Assembly: GCA_965248445.1 (NCBI GenBank)
Contig: CBDFJG010000001.1
Coordinates: 96,001 to 160,000 of the forward strand
Source: Planctomycetota bacterium
Lineage (GTDB): Bacteria; Planctomycetota; JAJSAM01; JAJVHW01
Direction: 5' to 3'
Length of the DNA: 64,000 nucleotides
The stretch's first letter is position 1; every line of letters starts with the position of its first letter. Made by a program: the position numbers and the translations under genes. The notes beneath the pieces are model-generated. The model was not told the DNA's origin, did not search any database, and saw only the letters and a program-made list of their open reading frames with translations. Shown here piece by piece: positions 1-8,999 of this stretch.

Positions 1-63
1 GAGACGGTGGCACCCGTGGTGATGCAGCCCGTGCCGCACGCGGCTGAGTGGCTGCTCGGGCCA
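1..63 (+). pseudogene. C-terminal remnant of phage head-tail connector (gp6/gp15-like); runs off window start
   Basis: Frame 1 reads ETVAPVVMQPVPHAAEWLLGP, resembling the connector C-terminus (..P..A..LL.PYR), then loses similarity. Sits directly before the adaptor gene. Confidence 0.55.
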
Positions 64-322
64 GTCCGTCGAGACCTGGCTCCCTCTCGCCACGGTCTGG
101 GCGCGCGTGGAGCCGCTCGGCGGACGGGAGGGCTTCGGCCAGCAGCAGTTCGTCGCAACAGGCGACCTGCGCTTCACCATTCGCTGGCGACCGGACGTGA
201 CGCCGCTTCACCGCGTCGTCCACGACGGCGTCCCCTACGACGTGGTCTCCGTAGCGGAGGTCGGCCGCCACGAGGGGCTCCTCATCGTCGGGCGCGGACG
301 CACGGATGAGAGGAAGCCGTGA
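56..322 (+). pseudogene. Phage head-tail adaptor/head closure protein (SPP1 gp16-like), N-terminus missing
   Basis: Frame 2 reads GQSVETWLPLATVWARVEPLGGRE...RFTIRWRPDVTPLHRVVHDGVPYDVVSV, the typical adaptor pattern. No start codon lies upstream of the conserved part (in-frame TGA at 20-22). Confidence 0.75.
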
Positions 323-825
323 CTCGCGTCGACGTGGAGGGTCTGGAGGAGCTGGACCGTGCGCTCGCGGAGATCCCCGAGGCGTTGCGCCGCAACGTCG
401 TCCTCGCCGCGCTCCGCAAGGCAGCGCAGCCGATGGTGCGCGAGGCCAAGGCGCGCGCGCGGCGCGGGACCGATCCGCGTCGGCGCGGCTCGCAGAAGCA
501 ACGGACCTCCGGCGAGTCCGAACGCATCGGGCACGGCGTGGACTCCATCACCGCGCGCGCGGTGCGAACCGACCGTCCGAACGAGGCGGCCGTCGCGCTC
601 GGGCCCGACGCCAAGCACTGGTACATGCTCTTCGTCGAGTTCGGCACGTCGCGCCAGGCCCCCGATCGCTTCCTCACACCGGCCTTCGAGATCCACAAGG
701 AGGCGGCGATCAAGGTGACCGGCGAGGAACTCTGGAAGTCGCTCTCCCGCACGGCGAGGCGCCTCGCCAAGCAGGCCGAGACGGGCACGCTCTCGAAGAA
801 GGCCCACAAGGCGCTGCAGTCGTGA
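319..825 (+). CDS. HK97 gp10-family phage morphogenesis protein
   Basis: VEGLEELDRAL...ALRKAAQPM..EAK and WY..FVEFGTSRQAP.RFLTPAF motifs; GTGA overlap with the adaptor gene. Confidence 0.85.
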   Translation: MTRVDVEGLEELDRALAEIPEALRRNVVLAALRKAAQPMVREAKARARRGTDPRRRGSQKQRTSGESERIGHGVDSITARAVRTDRPNEAAVALGPDAKHWYMLFVEFGTSRQAPDRFLTPAFEIHKEAAIKVTGEELWKSLSRTARRLAKQAETGTLSKKAHKALQS

Positions 826-1220
826 CGCTCGGCAAGTACCTGCGGCTCCTCCTCACGGCCGATCCCGGCGTCTCGGCACTTGTCGGCGATCGCGTCTACA
901 CCGAGGTCCTGCCGCAGGACCCGACCGTTCCCGCGGTGGTCTTCACGGAGGTCGCGGGCGGGGACGACTACGCGCTCGACGGACCGACCGGCACGGGCTC
1001 GCGCCGCGTCCAGGTCGATGCGTGGGCGAAGACGCGAGCCGAGGCAACGGCGCTCGGGCTCGCGCTGCGGCGTGTTCTGTCGGGGCACACGGGTGCCGCG
1101 GGTGGGCTCGAGGTCGCGGGCGTCTTCCTGCTCAACGAGCGGTGGGATTTCGACGCCCAGACCTCCCTCTACCGGACCAGCCAGGACGACGAGATCAGGA
1201 CCGTCGAAGCGGTCGCTTGA
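822..1220 (+). CDS. DUF3168 / tail-completion (gp17-like) protein
   Basis: GTG at 822 overlaps the gp10 stop; L.AD..V.ALVGDRVY...LPQ...P and RVQVDAWA motifs. Confidence 0.8.
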   Translation: MTLGKYLRLLLTADPGVSALVGDRVYTEVLPQDPTVPAVVFTEVAGGDDYALDGPTGTGSRRVQVDAWAKTRAEATALGLALRRVLSGHTGAAGGLEVAGVFLLNERWDFDAQTSLYRTSQDDEIRTVEAVA

Positions 1221-1352
1221 GGCATCTCACAGCTTCCAAGTCAAGGCCATTCTCGTCGCCTCGAAACCTTTGTGTTTCCTGTGTTTCAGGGCGGCGACAC
1301 CTCGCTATCGAGCGCGCAGTCGAGCGAATGTCCGCAGACAAGGAGGTGCTTC

Positions 1353-1811
1353 ATGACCAAGCACGCACAGCGCAAGCGGACCCGGTCCGCGCCCCCGACC
1401 ACAAAGGCCACGAAGACGACCGCTACGAAGAAGGTGGCGAAGAAGACCGTGAAGGCGCCGCGCAAGACGGCGACGCCGCCAGCCGCCAAGCCGAAGGAGC
1501 CCGCTCCCCAGCGGCCGCGCGACCCTCGCATCCCCCCGGCGGGAACGACGCTCATCCGGCCCTACAAGGGGCGGGAGATCCGGGTCGTCGTCCTGGACGC
1601 GGGCTTCCGCTGGGAGGGCCGCGAGTACCGCTCGCTCTCCGCGCTGGCGGCCAAGGTGACGGGGGCTGCCAGCATCAACGGACCGCTGTGGTTTCGACTG
1701 ACGAAGCCAAAGCCTTCGACGTCGAAGTCGCGGATCGCGAAGCCCAAGAGCGGGACGCCGAAGAAGGCCGCTCAGGAGCCCACTCCGACGACGGAGACAC
1801 CGACGGTCTGA
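1353..1811 (+). CDS. DUF2924 domain protein with basic Lys/Thr-rich tails
   Basis: RBS AGGAGG at 1341; RDPRIPPAGTTLIRPYKG..IRVVV...GF.WEG..YRSLSA.A..VTG...NG..WF motif. Confidence 0.85.
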   Translation: MTKHAQRKRTRSAPPTTKATKTTATKKVAKKTVKAPRKTATPPAAKPKEPAPQRPRDPRIPPAGTTLIRPYKGREIRVVVLDAGFRWEGREYRSLSALAAKVTGAASINGPLWFRLTKPKPSTSKSRIAKPKSGTPKKAAQEPTPTTETPTV

Positions 1812-1870
1812 CGCTTGGGGCCAACTTGCCCACCGGAAGGCAAAGGCGACTGGCGGCGCGATCCGCGCCG

Positions 1871-2254
1871 CTAGTTGGCGTCGTTAGTCAAGGTAACCCC
1901 GCCGAACCCAGACTCGCTCCGAGCTACCGTTCCTTCTTCGGTGGCAGCCCTCGGCGGCAGCCCCCGTCCTTTCCGGATCGCGTTCACGCGTGCGAGCCAC
2001 TGCTCGGGCGTTAGTCCGGCCCAGGAGCTCTTGCGGGGCTTCTTCGACTTCGTCCGTGGCTTGGCAGCCTTGCGCGCCGCCTTGGGCTTCCTCGGAGTCG
2101 GCTTCCGGCGCTTCGTCGCCTCGCCGCTCACGAGGGAGCGTACATCCGCGAGCGCCTCTTCGCGGCCCTCCTTGCGTGCGGTCTCGGCCAGTCGCGCGAG
2201 TCGGTTACTCAGGTCGGCAAGAAGGGCGTCGGTGGTATTGGCGGTTCGCGGCAT
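1871..2254 (-). CDS. Small basic hypothetical protein (possible nucleoid/DNA-binding)
   Basis: RBS GGAGGA upstream; N-terminal coiled coil, Lys/Arg-rich linker and a SWAGLTPEQW..RVNAIR helix. Confidence 0.65.
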   Translation of the reverse strand: MPRTANTTDALLADLSNRLARLAETARKEGREEALADVRSLVSGEATKRRKPTPRKPKAARKAAKPRTKSKKPRKSSWAGLTPEQWLARVNAIRKGRGLPPRAATEEGTVARSESGFGGVTLTNDAN

Positions 2255-3315
2255 GTGGTTCGTTCCTCCGGGGCACCAGGTTTGAGTCGGCCCGGCCCAT
2301 GTCCTATGTGAAGTCGCGCATCGTACTGTCTGGTGCCGCTGCCTTGAACGACTCTCCGGAGCCCTCGACGCTCAAGATCAGAGCGCAACCACGGACCACG
2401 TTCGGGGTGGAGGCGGTAGGCCGCGTCGAGGACGACCGATCGGGCGGCGAGGGCAGCCTCGGCGCGGCCGTAGTGGACGGTCTCGGGCGTGAGCAGTCCG
2501 AGACCCAAGTGGCGATGCTCGCGGTTGTACCAGTCGAAGAAGGCGCGGCAGTGGGCGCGCGCATCCTGGATCGAGCCGAAGCGCGCGGGGAAGTCCGGCC
2601 GGTACTTCATGGTGCGGAACTGGCTCTCGCTGAAGGCGTTGTCGTTGGACGTGTACGGCCGGCTGTGGGACTTGGTGACCCCGAGGTCCGCGAGCTTGAG
2701 CGCCAGCGTCTTGGAGATCATCGGCGCCCCGCGATCGGCGTGCAGCGTCAGCTCACCGGCGCGGGTCCCCTGCTTGTCGCACGCGTGCGCGACGAGTTCC
2801 TTGGCCAGCGTGCCGCTCTCGCACGCAGCCAGCGTCCAGCCGACGACGCAGCGAGAGTAGATGTCGATCACGACGTAGAGGTAGTCGTACGTCCACTTCA
2901 CCGGGCCCTTGAGCTTGGTGATGTCCCAGCTCCACACCTGGTTGGGCGCCGTCGCCAGCAGCTCGGGCTTGCTGTACGCCGGATGACGCAGTTGGTTGCG
3001 GCGCTCACGCACGGCGCCGGCGGCCGCGAGGATGCGATACATCGTGCGCGCCGAGCACAGGTAGCGCCCCTCGTCGAGCAGCGTGGCCCAGATCGTCCGC
3101 GGCGCGTGGTCCACGAAGCGCTCCTCGTTCAGGACGGCGAGCACCGCCAGGCGTTCTTGGGTCGAGAGCGCCCGCGGCGACGGCGGGCGCGGCTGCTGGG
3201 GCCGGGGGCACGCCCGTGCCGCCCGGCGCCGGGAGAGCGTGGCACGCGCAACGCCGAGCGCGCGGCAGGCCGGGGCGACGCCGACGCGTCCTCCCAGGTC
3301 CTCCGCCGCGCTCAC
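2209..3315 (-). pseudogene. IS3-family transposase OrfB (DDE integrase core), aberrant C-terminus
   Basis: PNQVWSWDITKLKGP, LHADRG, SNDNAFSESQFRTMKY and YNREHRH motifs; the last ~60 codons are read-through. Confidence 0.85.
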
Positions 3316-3888
3316 GTGTCGCTCCCGCTCGTCTCGGGCATCTCGATGCCCAGCAGCCGTGAGACTTTTTTCTGCACGGCGAGGATCGTCTCAGCGGTCT
3401 CAAGCCGCTGGCGCAGCCGGACGTTCTCGCGCTCGCGCTGCTCGTTGCGCTTCCTGAGCGCCCGGGCCGGGTCGGGCCTGGGACCGCGCCGCTTGGGCGC
3501 CAAGGCTTCGAGTTGGCCCTGGTCCCGCGCCCGCCGCCACGTCACCAGGTGCGACGTGTAGAGCCCTTCACGACGCAACACAGCGCCGATCTCACCGGGC
3601 TTCGTGCACCTGTCGGCCTCGCCCAGGATGCGCAGCTTGTACGCCGCGCTGAAGCGCCGCCGCGTGGCGCGCGGCACGACCTCCGGGTCGGGGACGCCCC
3701 CCTCCTCGCGGTCGCGCGCGCCGGGGGAGCCCCCTGCGCCTCGTGAGGGCTCGCTCCGCTCGCCCTCCCTCGGCTCCGGGTTCTCCCCCGGCAATTTGGT
3801 CTCCTTCTTCGTCATCGCTGATTCCTCCACCGCCCTGCACAGTAATCATCCGGGGGGTCGGTGTCTCAGCGATGTTGGCACAGAGGGG
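2390..3888 (-). mobile_element. IS3-family element, right end truncated
   Basis: Left-end-like sequence TGTGCCAACATCGCTGAGACA (3882-3862, minus strand) plus orfA/orfB. No matching right IR was found and OrfB loses similarity after HPER (~2400). The left coordinate is approximate. Confidence 0.8.
3312..3815 (-). CDS. IS3-family transposase OrfA
   Basis: PDPEV..RA.RRRFSAAYKLRIL.EAD.C..PGEIGAVLRREGLY motif; A6G slippery site near the end (QKKV). Confidence 0.85.
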   Translation of the reverse strand: MTKKETKLPGENPEPREGERSEPSRGAGGSPGARDREEGGVPDPEVVPRATRRRFSAAYKLRILGEADRCTKPGEIGAVLRREGLYTSHLVTWRRARDQGQLEALAPKRRGPRPDPARALRKRNEQRERENVRLRQRLETAETILAVQKKVSRLLGIEMPETSGSDT

Positions 3889-4224
3889 CCCGAGGTCGTG
3901 TTGACACCGATACCGTCGAAGGGCGTCTGACCAGACGGAGCTTCCTGGTTGCCTTGCGGGGCGCCCATGTCTGACACACTGCTCACCCCATCGTGGTCCC
4001 CGGTCGGGAGCAGGAGGGGCTCCGTGTCCGTGTCGTCGTTGGTGGCGTCGCCGTCTGAGTCGGCCAGGTTCGGGTCGGTTCCCGTGTTGTAGACCTCCTC
4101 GTAGTCATCGAGGTTGTCGCCGTCGGTGTCGGCTTGGTTGGGGTCCGTCCCGATCATCCCCTCGAACACGTCCGAGAGACCGTCGCCGTCGGTGTCTGTC
4201 GCCATGGCGATCGGTGCCAGGAAC
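3889..4224 (-). pseudogene. Internal fragment of a secreted protein with DxDGDG Ca-binding (TSP3-like) repeats, possibly an RHS/YD-repeat N-terminus
   Basis: DTDGDGLSD..E...GTDPNQADTDGDNLDDYEE...GTDPNLADSDGD followed by GVNTTSG; cut by IS ends on both sides. Confidence 0.7.
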
Positions 4225-4803
4225 TGGAGTTCCCCCGGTTCGGTGGACACCCGACCACTGAGGTTGGGAGGATGTCCAGATGCCCAGATCGAGACCACCG
4301 TACGACGAGGAGTACAAGCGCCAGATCGTCGAGTTGCACCGCGCCGGCCGGAGCGTGATGAGCCTCTGCCGCGAGTTCGAGCCGACGGAGATGACGATCC
4401 GCAAGTGGATCAAGCAGGCCGCGCTCGACGCCGGCGAGGGTGACGACGGCTTGACCACCGCGGAGCGCGATGAGCTGCGCAAGCTCAGACGAGATGTGCG
4501 CCACCTGCGCGAAGAGCGCGACATCTTGAAAAAAGCCGCGGCCTGGTTCGCTCGGGAGACGCGCTCGATCCCAGAGAAGGGTTCGAGTTCGTGAGCGACC
4601 ACCAGGCCGAGCACGACGTCGCCACCATGTGCCGCGTCCTCGGCGTCTCGAGGAGCGGATACTACGCGTGGCGGGGACGCGAGCCGTCGACCCGAACCTG
4701 CGAGGACGCGGCTCTCACGGCACGGATCCGCGCCATCCACGAGCGCTCTCGCCAGACGTACGGCTCGCCGAGGATCCACGCCGAGTTGCGCTACGACGGT
4801 GTT
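4225..4803 (+). mobile_element. IS3-family element, partial copy (left IR, orfA, 5' part of orfB)
   Basis: IRL TGGAGTTCCCCCGGTTCGGTGGACACCCG at 4225; orfB (4591-) is interrupted at 4803 by a second copy. Confidence 0.9.
4280..4594 (+). CDS. IS3-family OrfA (HTH_Tnp_1)
   Basis: PPYDEEYKRQIVEL...ERDILKKAAAWFA; A6G frameshift motif at 4529-4535. Confidence 0.9.
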   Translation: MPRSRPPYDEEYKRQIVELHRAGRSVMSLCREFEPTEMTIRKWIKQAALDAGEGDDGLTTAERDELRKLRRDVRHLREERDILKKAAAWFARETRSIPEKGSSS

Positions 4804-4858
4804 TGGAGTTCCCCCGGTTCGGTGGACACCCGACCACTGAGGTTGGGAGGATGTCCAG

Positions 4859-5173
4859 ATGCCCAGATCGAGACCACCGTACGACGAGGAGTACAAGCGC
4901 CAGATCGTCGAGTTGCACCGCGCCGGCCGGAGCGTGATGAGCCTGTGCCGCGAGTTCGAGCCGACGGAGATGACGATCCGCAAGTGGATCAAGCAGGCCG
5001 CGCTGGACGCCGGAGAGCGTGACGACGGCTTGACCACCGCGGAGCGCGATGAGCTGCGCAAGCTCAGACGAGATGTGCGCCGGCTGCGCGAGGAGCGCGA
5101 CATCTTGAAAAAAGCCGCGGCCTGGTTCGCTCGGGAGACGCGCTCGATCCCAGAGAAGGGTTCGGGTTCGTGA
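4859..5173 (+). CDS. IS3-family OrfA
   Basis: Near-identical to 4280-4594; A6G at 5108-5114. Confidence 0.9.
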   Translation: MPRSRPPYDEEYKRQIVELHRAGRSVMSLCREFEPTEMTIRKWIKQAALDAGERDDGLTTAERDELRKLRRDVRRLREERDILKKAAAWFARETRSIPEKGSGS

Positions 5174-6034
5174 GCGATCACCAGGCAGAGCACGACGTGG
5201 CCACCATGTGTCGGGTCCTCGGCGTCTCGAGGAGCGGGTACTACGCATCGCGCGGCCGTGCGCCCTCGAAGAGAGATCGCGAGGACGCTGCCCTGACCGA
5301 GCGCGTCCGCGAGATCCACGAGCGCTCTCGCCAGACGTACGGATCACCGCGCATCCATGCCGAGCTGCGCTACGAGGGCCTCCACATCGGTAGGAAGCGC
5401 GTCGAGCGCCTCATGCGCCAGGCTGGGATCGAGGGCGTGAGCCGCCGCAAGAGAGCCAAGACCACGAAGCGCTCGCAGCGTCAGGCGCCGGCCGCCGACC
5501 TGGTCGATCGCGACTTCACGGCCGACGCACCCGATCAGCTCTGGGTGGCCGACATCACGTACGTGCCGACCTGGACGGGGTTCCTGTACCTGGCGGTCGT
5601 CCTCGACGTCTGGAGCCGCCGGATCGTCGGCTGGTCCATGGCCACGACGCTCCACACCAAGATCGTGCTGGACGCACTCGAGATGGCCGTGCGCCAGCGC
5701 CAGCCCCTCGGAGTCGTCCACCACTCCGACCAGGGCTGCCAGTACACGTCGCTCGCCTTCGGGCGGCGCTGCAGAGAAGCGGGCGTCAGGCCGTCCATGG
5801 GATCGGTCGGAGACGCCTACGACAACGCCATGTGCGAGAGCTTCTTCGCCACGCTCGAGACCGAGTTGATCGACCGCACCAGCTTTTCGACCAAGTCCGC
5901 AGTCCGCAGCGCGGTTGGCGGTGTTCGACTTCATCGAGGGCTTCTACAATCCGCAGCGGCGACACTCCTCCATCGAGGACCTGTCGCCCATCGAGTTCGA
6001 GAGGCGGCGACGGCCGGAGGCCGCCGTATCATAG
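5170..6034 (+). pseudogene. IS3-family OrfB transposase, frameshifted by a 7-bp duplication
   Basis: WVADITYV, HHSDQG and DNAMCESFF motifs. Removing one AGTCCGC (5894-5907) restores ..AARLAVFDFIEGFYNPQRRHSS..* at 6034. Confidence 0.9.
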
Positions 6035-6067
6035 TCCCCGGGTGTCCACCGAACCGGGGGAACTCCA

Positions 6068-6298
6068 GTAAAGGAACTCCGGCGTGATCGCACTGGGCGT
6101 GATGCTGACTGTGACACCGTGCGCGGCAGCGAGGGCTTCCAGGCGCTCCGTGTGTGGTGCGCTGCAGTACGTCGCAAGTCGGGCCGCACCGTCCCCGGTC
6201 GCCAAGGCGAATGCCGCGCGGCCGCCGGAGCCGAGCAAGTGCTCCCAGGGTGGCTCGATGCAGGTCTCGTAGTAGACACCGCCGACAACAGAGATCAT
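6068..6298 (-). pseudogene. 5' fragment of a PfkB/ribokinase-like protein, truncated by IS3
   Basis: MISVVGGVYYETC..P.W..LLGSGGRAA.AL is a ribokinase-type N-terminus. ATGA overlap with the upstream gene; ends at the IS IR. Confidence 0.65.
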
Positions 6299-6621
6299 TC
6301 TGGCCGGATCCTGACCTCGCACCGCCCGCCAGAGAGCGTGGTGACCTCCGCGACGTAAGAGTGGCCTGTACCGATACAGCGGAGGAGATCGGCAAGGGCG
6401 GGAGGTGTCAGAGAGCCGGCGACCTCACCGGCGGACGTGACTGCAAGCAGCACGCGGTCGGACAACGAGACGTCGAGGAGGTCGCCGACCGCGAGCGTCG
6501 CGATCACCTCTGGCTTCGGACTGCTCAGTGTCGTCGTTTCGACGATGTCGCAGTTGTCGACATCCGAAGGACCCGGTCGAATTCCCCCAAACCCACCACC
6601 ACCACCGCCGGATCCGGACAT
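6295..6621 (-). CDS. Hypothetical protein, Gly-rich N-terminus, HIRAN-like beta domain
   Basis: Strong RBS (GAGGGAGG); L.VGD.L.V.L...AV...G.V.G.L...L..C...G..Y.A.V pattern. The fold call is inference. Confidence 0.7.
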   Translation of the reverse strand: MSGSGGGGGGFGGIRPGPSDVDNCDIVETTTLSSPKPEVIATLAVGDLLDVSLSDRVLLAVTSAGEVAGSLTPPALADLLRCIGTGHSYVAEVTTLSGGRCEVRIRPE

Positions 6622-6816
6622 CGTTCCCTCCCTCTCAGACTGTTACACGACTCTCGCTCCGAACGCGTGAGTGACGTCCTTGGATGCACTTGAGCCAATG
6701 CGATCCGAGCGTGCCAGCGGCCGTCACGATATCAGACCGGGCATACAGCGAGCGGGTCTGTGCAGTGCGTGCGTAGATGCAGGAGCGCAGCGGCGGATCG
6801 CAATCGAGACGCGTTC

Positions 6817-7320
6817 TCAGGCAGGTAAACGCGCTTGGCGAGCGCCACCTAACGGCGCCGAGAGGCCGCGCTCTGTCCAGCTTCGCGGGAAACTGCGCAT
6901 GTAGTACCAGATCACGCCATCCAGGACGGAGGGCCGCGCCGAGAGGGCGCGCGCGAACTCCAGGTAGCGCGCCTCCAGTGAGAAGTAGCTCCGAGCAGGG
7001 GAAGCGTCCGGCTCAAAGACCCGGGCCGCGATGCAGGCACGAATCACGTGGATGTCGAGGATCGCCACCAGGTCACAGCCGGTTCGGTTGCGAACGATCC
7101 ACGAGGCCGTCTTTGGGCCGATGCCCGGGAGACCGCAGAGGAAGTCGCGCAATTCCAGGCCGCCCGTAGGGAGCGTCGCGTCTCTCAGGGCCGCGAGGCA
7201 ACGCGCGATTCGGTCGGCTCGCTGGCGTGGGAAGCGGTAGCGGACCGAGTTGCCGCGCACAAGGAGGCGGCCGCGCAGCACGCGCTCGATCTCTGCCGCG
7301 GTCACGGCCGAGTGGATTAG
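6817..7320 (-). pseudogene. HhH-GPD DNA glycosylase/AP lyase (8-oxoG glycosylase, OGG-like), 5' end removed at IS1380
   Basis: RYRFPRQRA, HhH LPGIGPKTASWIVRN, VAILDIHV (catalytic Lys/Asp) and LD..IW motifs; frame open up to the IS end. Confidence 0.8.
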
Positions 7321-8990
7321 CCCGAATCGTTCACCAGCCGGGAATCTGAGCGGGCCGTCGTCTGTCTAAGTGCTCGTACTCGCTAGTACTTGCACCGACA
7401 GGAGCGCCGGCCCGATGACGACAGACTGTAGCCCGCAGGGGACCCTCTTCGCGGGCATCTGTGGACGCACCGCGGTGACGCGCTTCGACGCCGGTACCGT
7501 GACGAGCGACGGGGGCGTGCTGCTGCTCGAGCGGACCGATCGTCGCATCGATCTGCTCTCGCGGTTTGCGCGCTGCTTCGGGGACCACCGGGACCCGCGT
7601 CGGGTCGAGCACACGGTCGGCCAGATGCTGCGTCAGCGGGTCTTCGGGCTGTGCGCGGGCTACGAGGATCTGGTGGACCACGACCATGTCGGCAAGGACC
7701 CGCTGTTTGCCGCGGCGTGCGGCAAGCGCGAGGGTGCTCTGGCCACGCACCCGACGCTCTCGCGGCTCGAGACCACGCAGCTCGGCGCCACGGCACAGAC
7801 GCGCTACGCCAAGATCGAGATGGACCAGGAGCGCGTGGACAGCGTGCTCAGCGACGTCTTCTGCGAGGCCATGGGGCCGGAGGATCCGGGCCTGCTCGTG
7901 CTGGACCTGGACCACTCCGACGTGCGGCTGCACGGCCGGCAGGAGGGCCGCTTCTTCCACGGCTACTACGGGCACTACTGCTACCTGCCGCTGTACGTCT
8001 TCTGCGGCGAGCACCTCTTGCTCGCTCGGCTCCAGACCGCTGACAGAGATCCCGCGCGCGGAGTCGTGGACGAGCTCCGTGCGCTGGTCTTACGTCTGCG
8101 GCGCCGCTGGCCCCGGGCCAAGGTGCTCGTGCGCGCAGACTCGGGCTTTTGCCGCGAGGAGCTGATGGCCTGGTGCGAGGCCGCCGGCCACTTCTACCTG
8201 CTGGGCATGGCGCGCAATGAGCGCCTTGAGCGACACGTCGAAGACGCGCTCGATGAGGCCGCAGCCCGTGCCGTGCAGACCGGCCGAGCAGCCCGGGTCT
8301 TTCGCGACTTTGCCTGGACCACGCTGGGGAGCTGGAGCCAGAGGCGTCGCGTGGTCGCCAAGGCCGAGCACCTGCCGGGCGGCAAGCGCAATCCCCGCTT
8401 CGTGGTGACCAATCTGCCGCCTCGTAGCTGGAGCAGCAAGCGTCTCTACGAGCAGCTCTACTGCGCCCGGGGCGAGGCGGAGAATCGCATCAAGGAGCAG
8501 CAGCTCGAGCTCTTCGGCACCCGTCTGTCGGTGCACACGATGCAGGGCAACGCCGTGCGGATGGCCATGTCGGCCATGGCCTACGTCCTGACCTGTGCGC
8601 TGCGACGCATCGGTCTCGCCGGCACCGAGATGGCGCGTGCGCAAGCCGGCACGATCCGCCTGCGGCTGCTCAAGATCGGCGCGCTCGTGCGGATCACGAC
8701 GCGCCGGATCTGGGTCTCGATGTCCTCGTCGTGGCCCTGGCAGCACGTCTTCGAGCGCTGCGCGCAACGACTGCTGGCATCCCCGAAGCCGACCTGACGT
8801 CCCGCCGCGCCGTCCGCCACACCACCGCCCGGCCTACGGTCTGCCCACACCGCAGAATCCGCGCCGTTTCGGCCGCTCACTCGCGTTGCCCTTGTGGCAA
8901 CGACGACAGCATCCGCCCTCGCCTGGCCAAGATCTGACCCTGTGGACTCCGAAAGCACCGTCATCGCGACGTCTCGTGAACAGATGCGGC
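7321..8990 (+). mobile_element. IS1380-family element
   Basis: Imperfect IRs (CCCGAATCGTTCAC ... GTGAACAGATGCGGC); TAG on both flanks (7318-7320, 8991-8993). Confidence 0.9.
7415..8797 (+). CDS. IS1380-family transposase (DDE_Tnp_1_4)
   Basis: FDAG.VTSDGG.LLL, LHGRQEGRFFHGYYGHYCYLPL, VRADSGFCRE and YCARGEAENRIKEQQL motifs. Confidence 0.95.
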   Translation: MTTDCSPQGTLFAGICGRTAVTRFDAGTVTSDGGVLLLERTDRRIDLLSRFARCFGDHRDPRRVEHTVGQMLRQRVFGLCAGYEDLVDHDHVGKDPLFAAACGKREGALATHPTLSRLETTQLGATAQTRYAKIEMDQERVDSVLSDVFCEAMGPEDPGLLVLDLDHSDVRLHGRQEGRFFHGYYGHYCYLPLYVFCGEHLLLARLQTADRDPARGVVDELRALVLRLRRRWPRAKVLVRADSGFCREELMAWCEAAGHFYLLGMARNERLERHVEDALDEAAARAVQTGRAARVFRDFAWTTLGSWSQRRRVVAKAEHLPGGKRNPRFVVTNLPPRSWSSKRLYEQLYCARGEAENRIKEQQLELFGTRLSVHTMQGNAVRMAMSAMAYVLTCALRRIGLAGTEMARAQAGTIRLRLLKIGALVRITTRRIWVSMSSSWPWQHVFERCAQRLLASPKPT

Positions 8991-8999
8991 TAGGCGCTT

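Larger units (their letters stand above)
4804..6067 (+). mobile_element. IS3-family element, full length (1264 bp)
   Basis: Perfect 29-bp terminal inverted repeats (4804-4832 / 6039-6067, TG...CA ends). No flanking direct repeat (GTT vs GTA). Confidence 0.95.
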
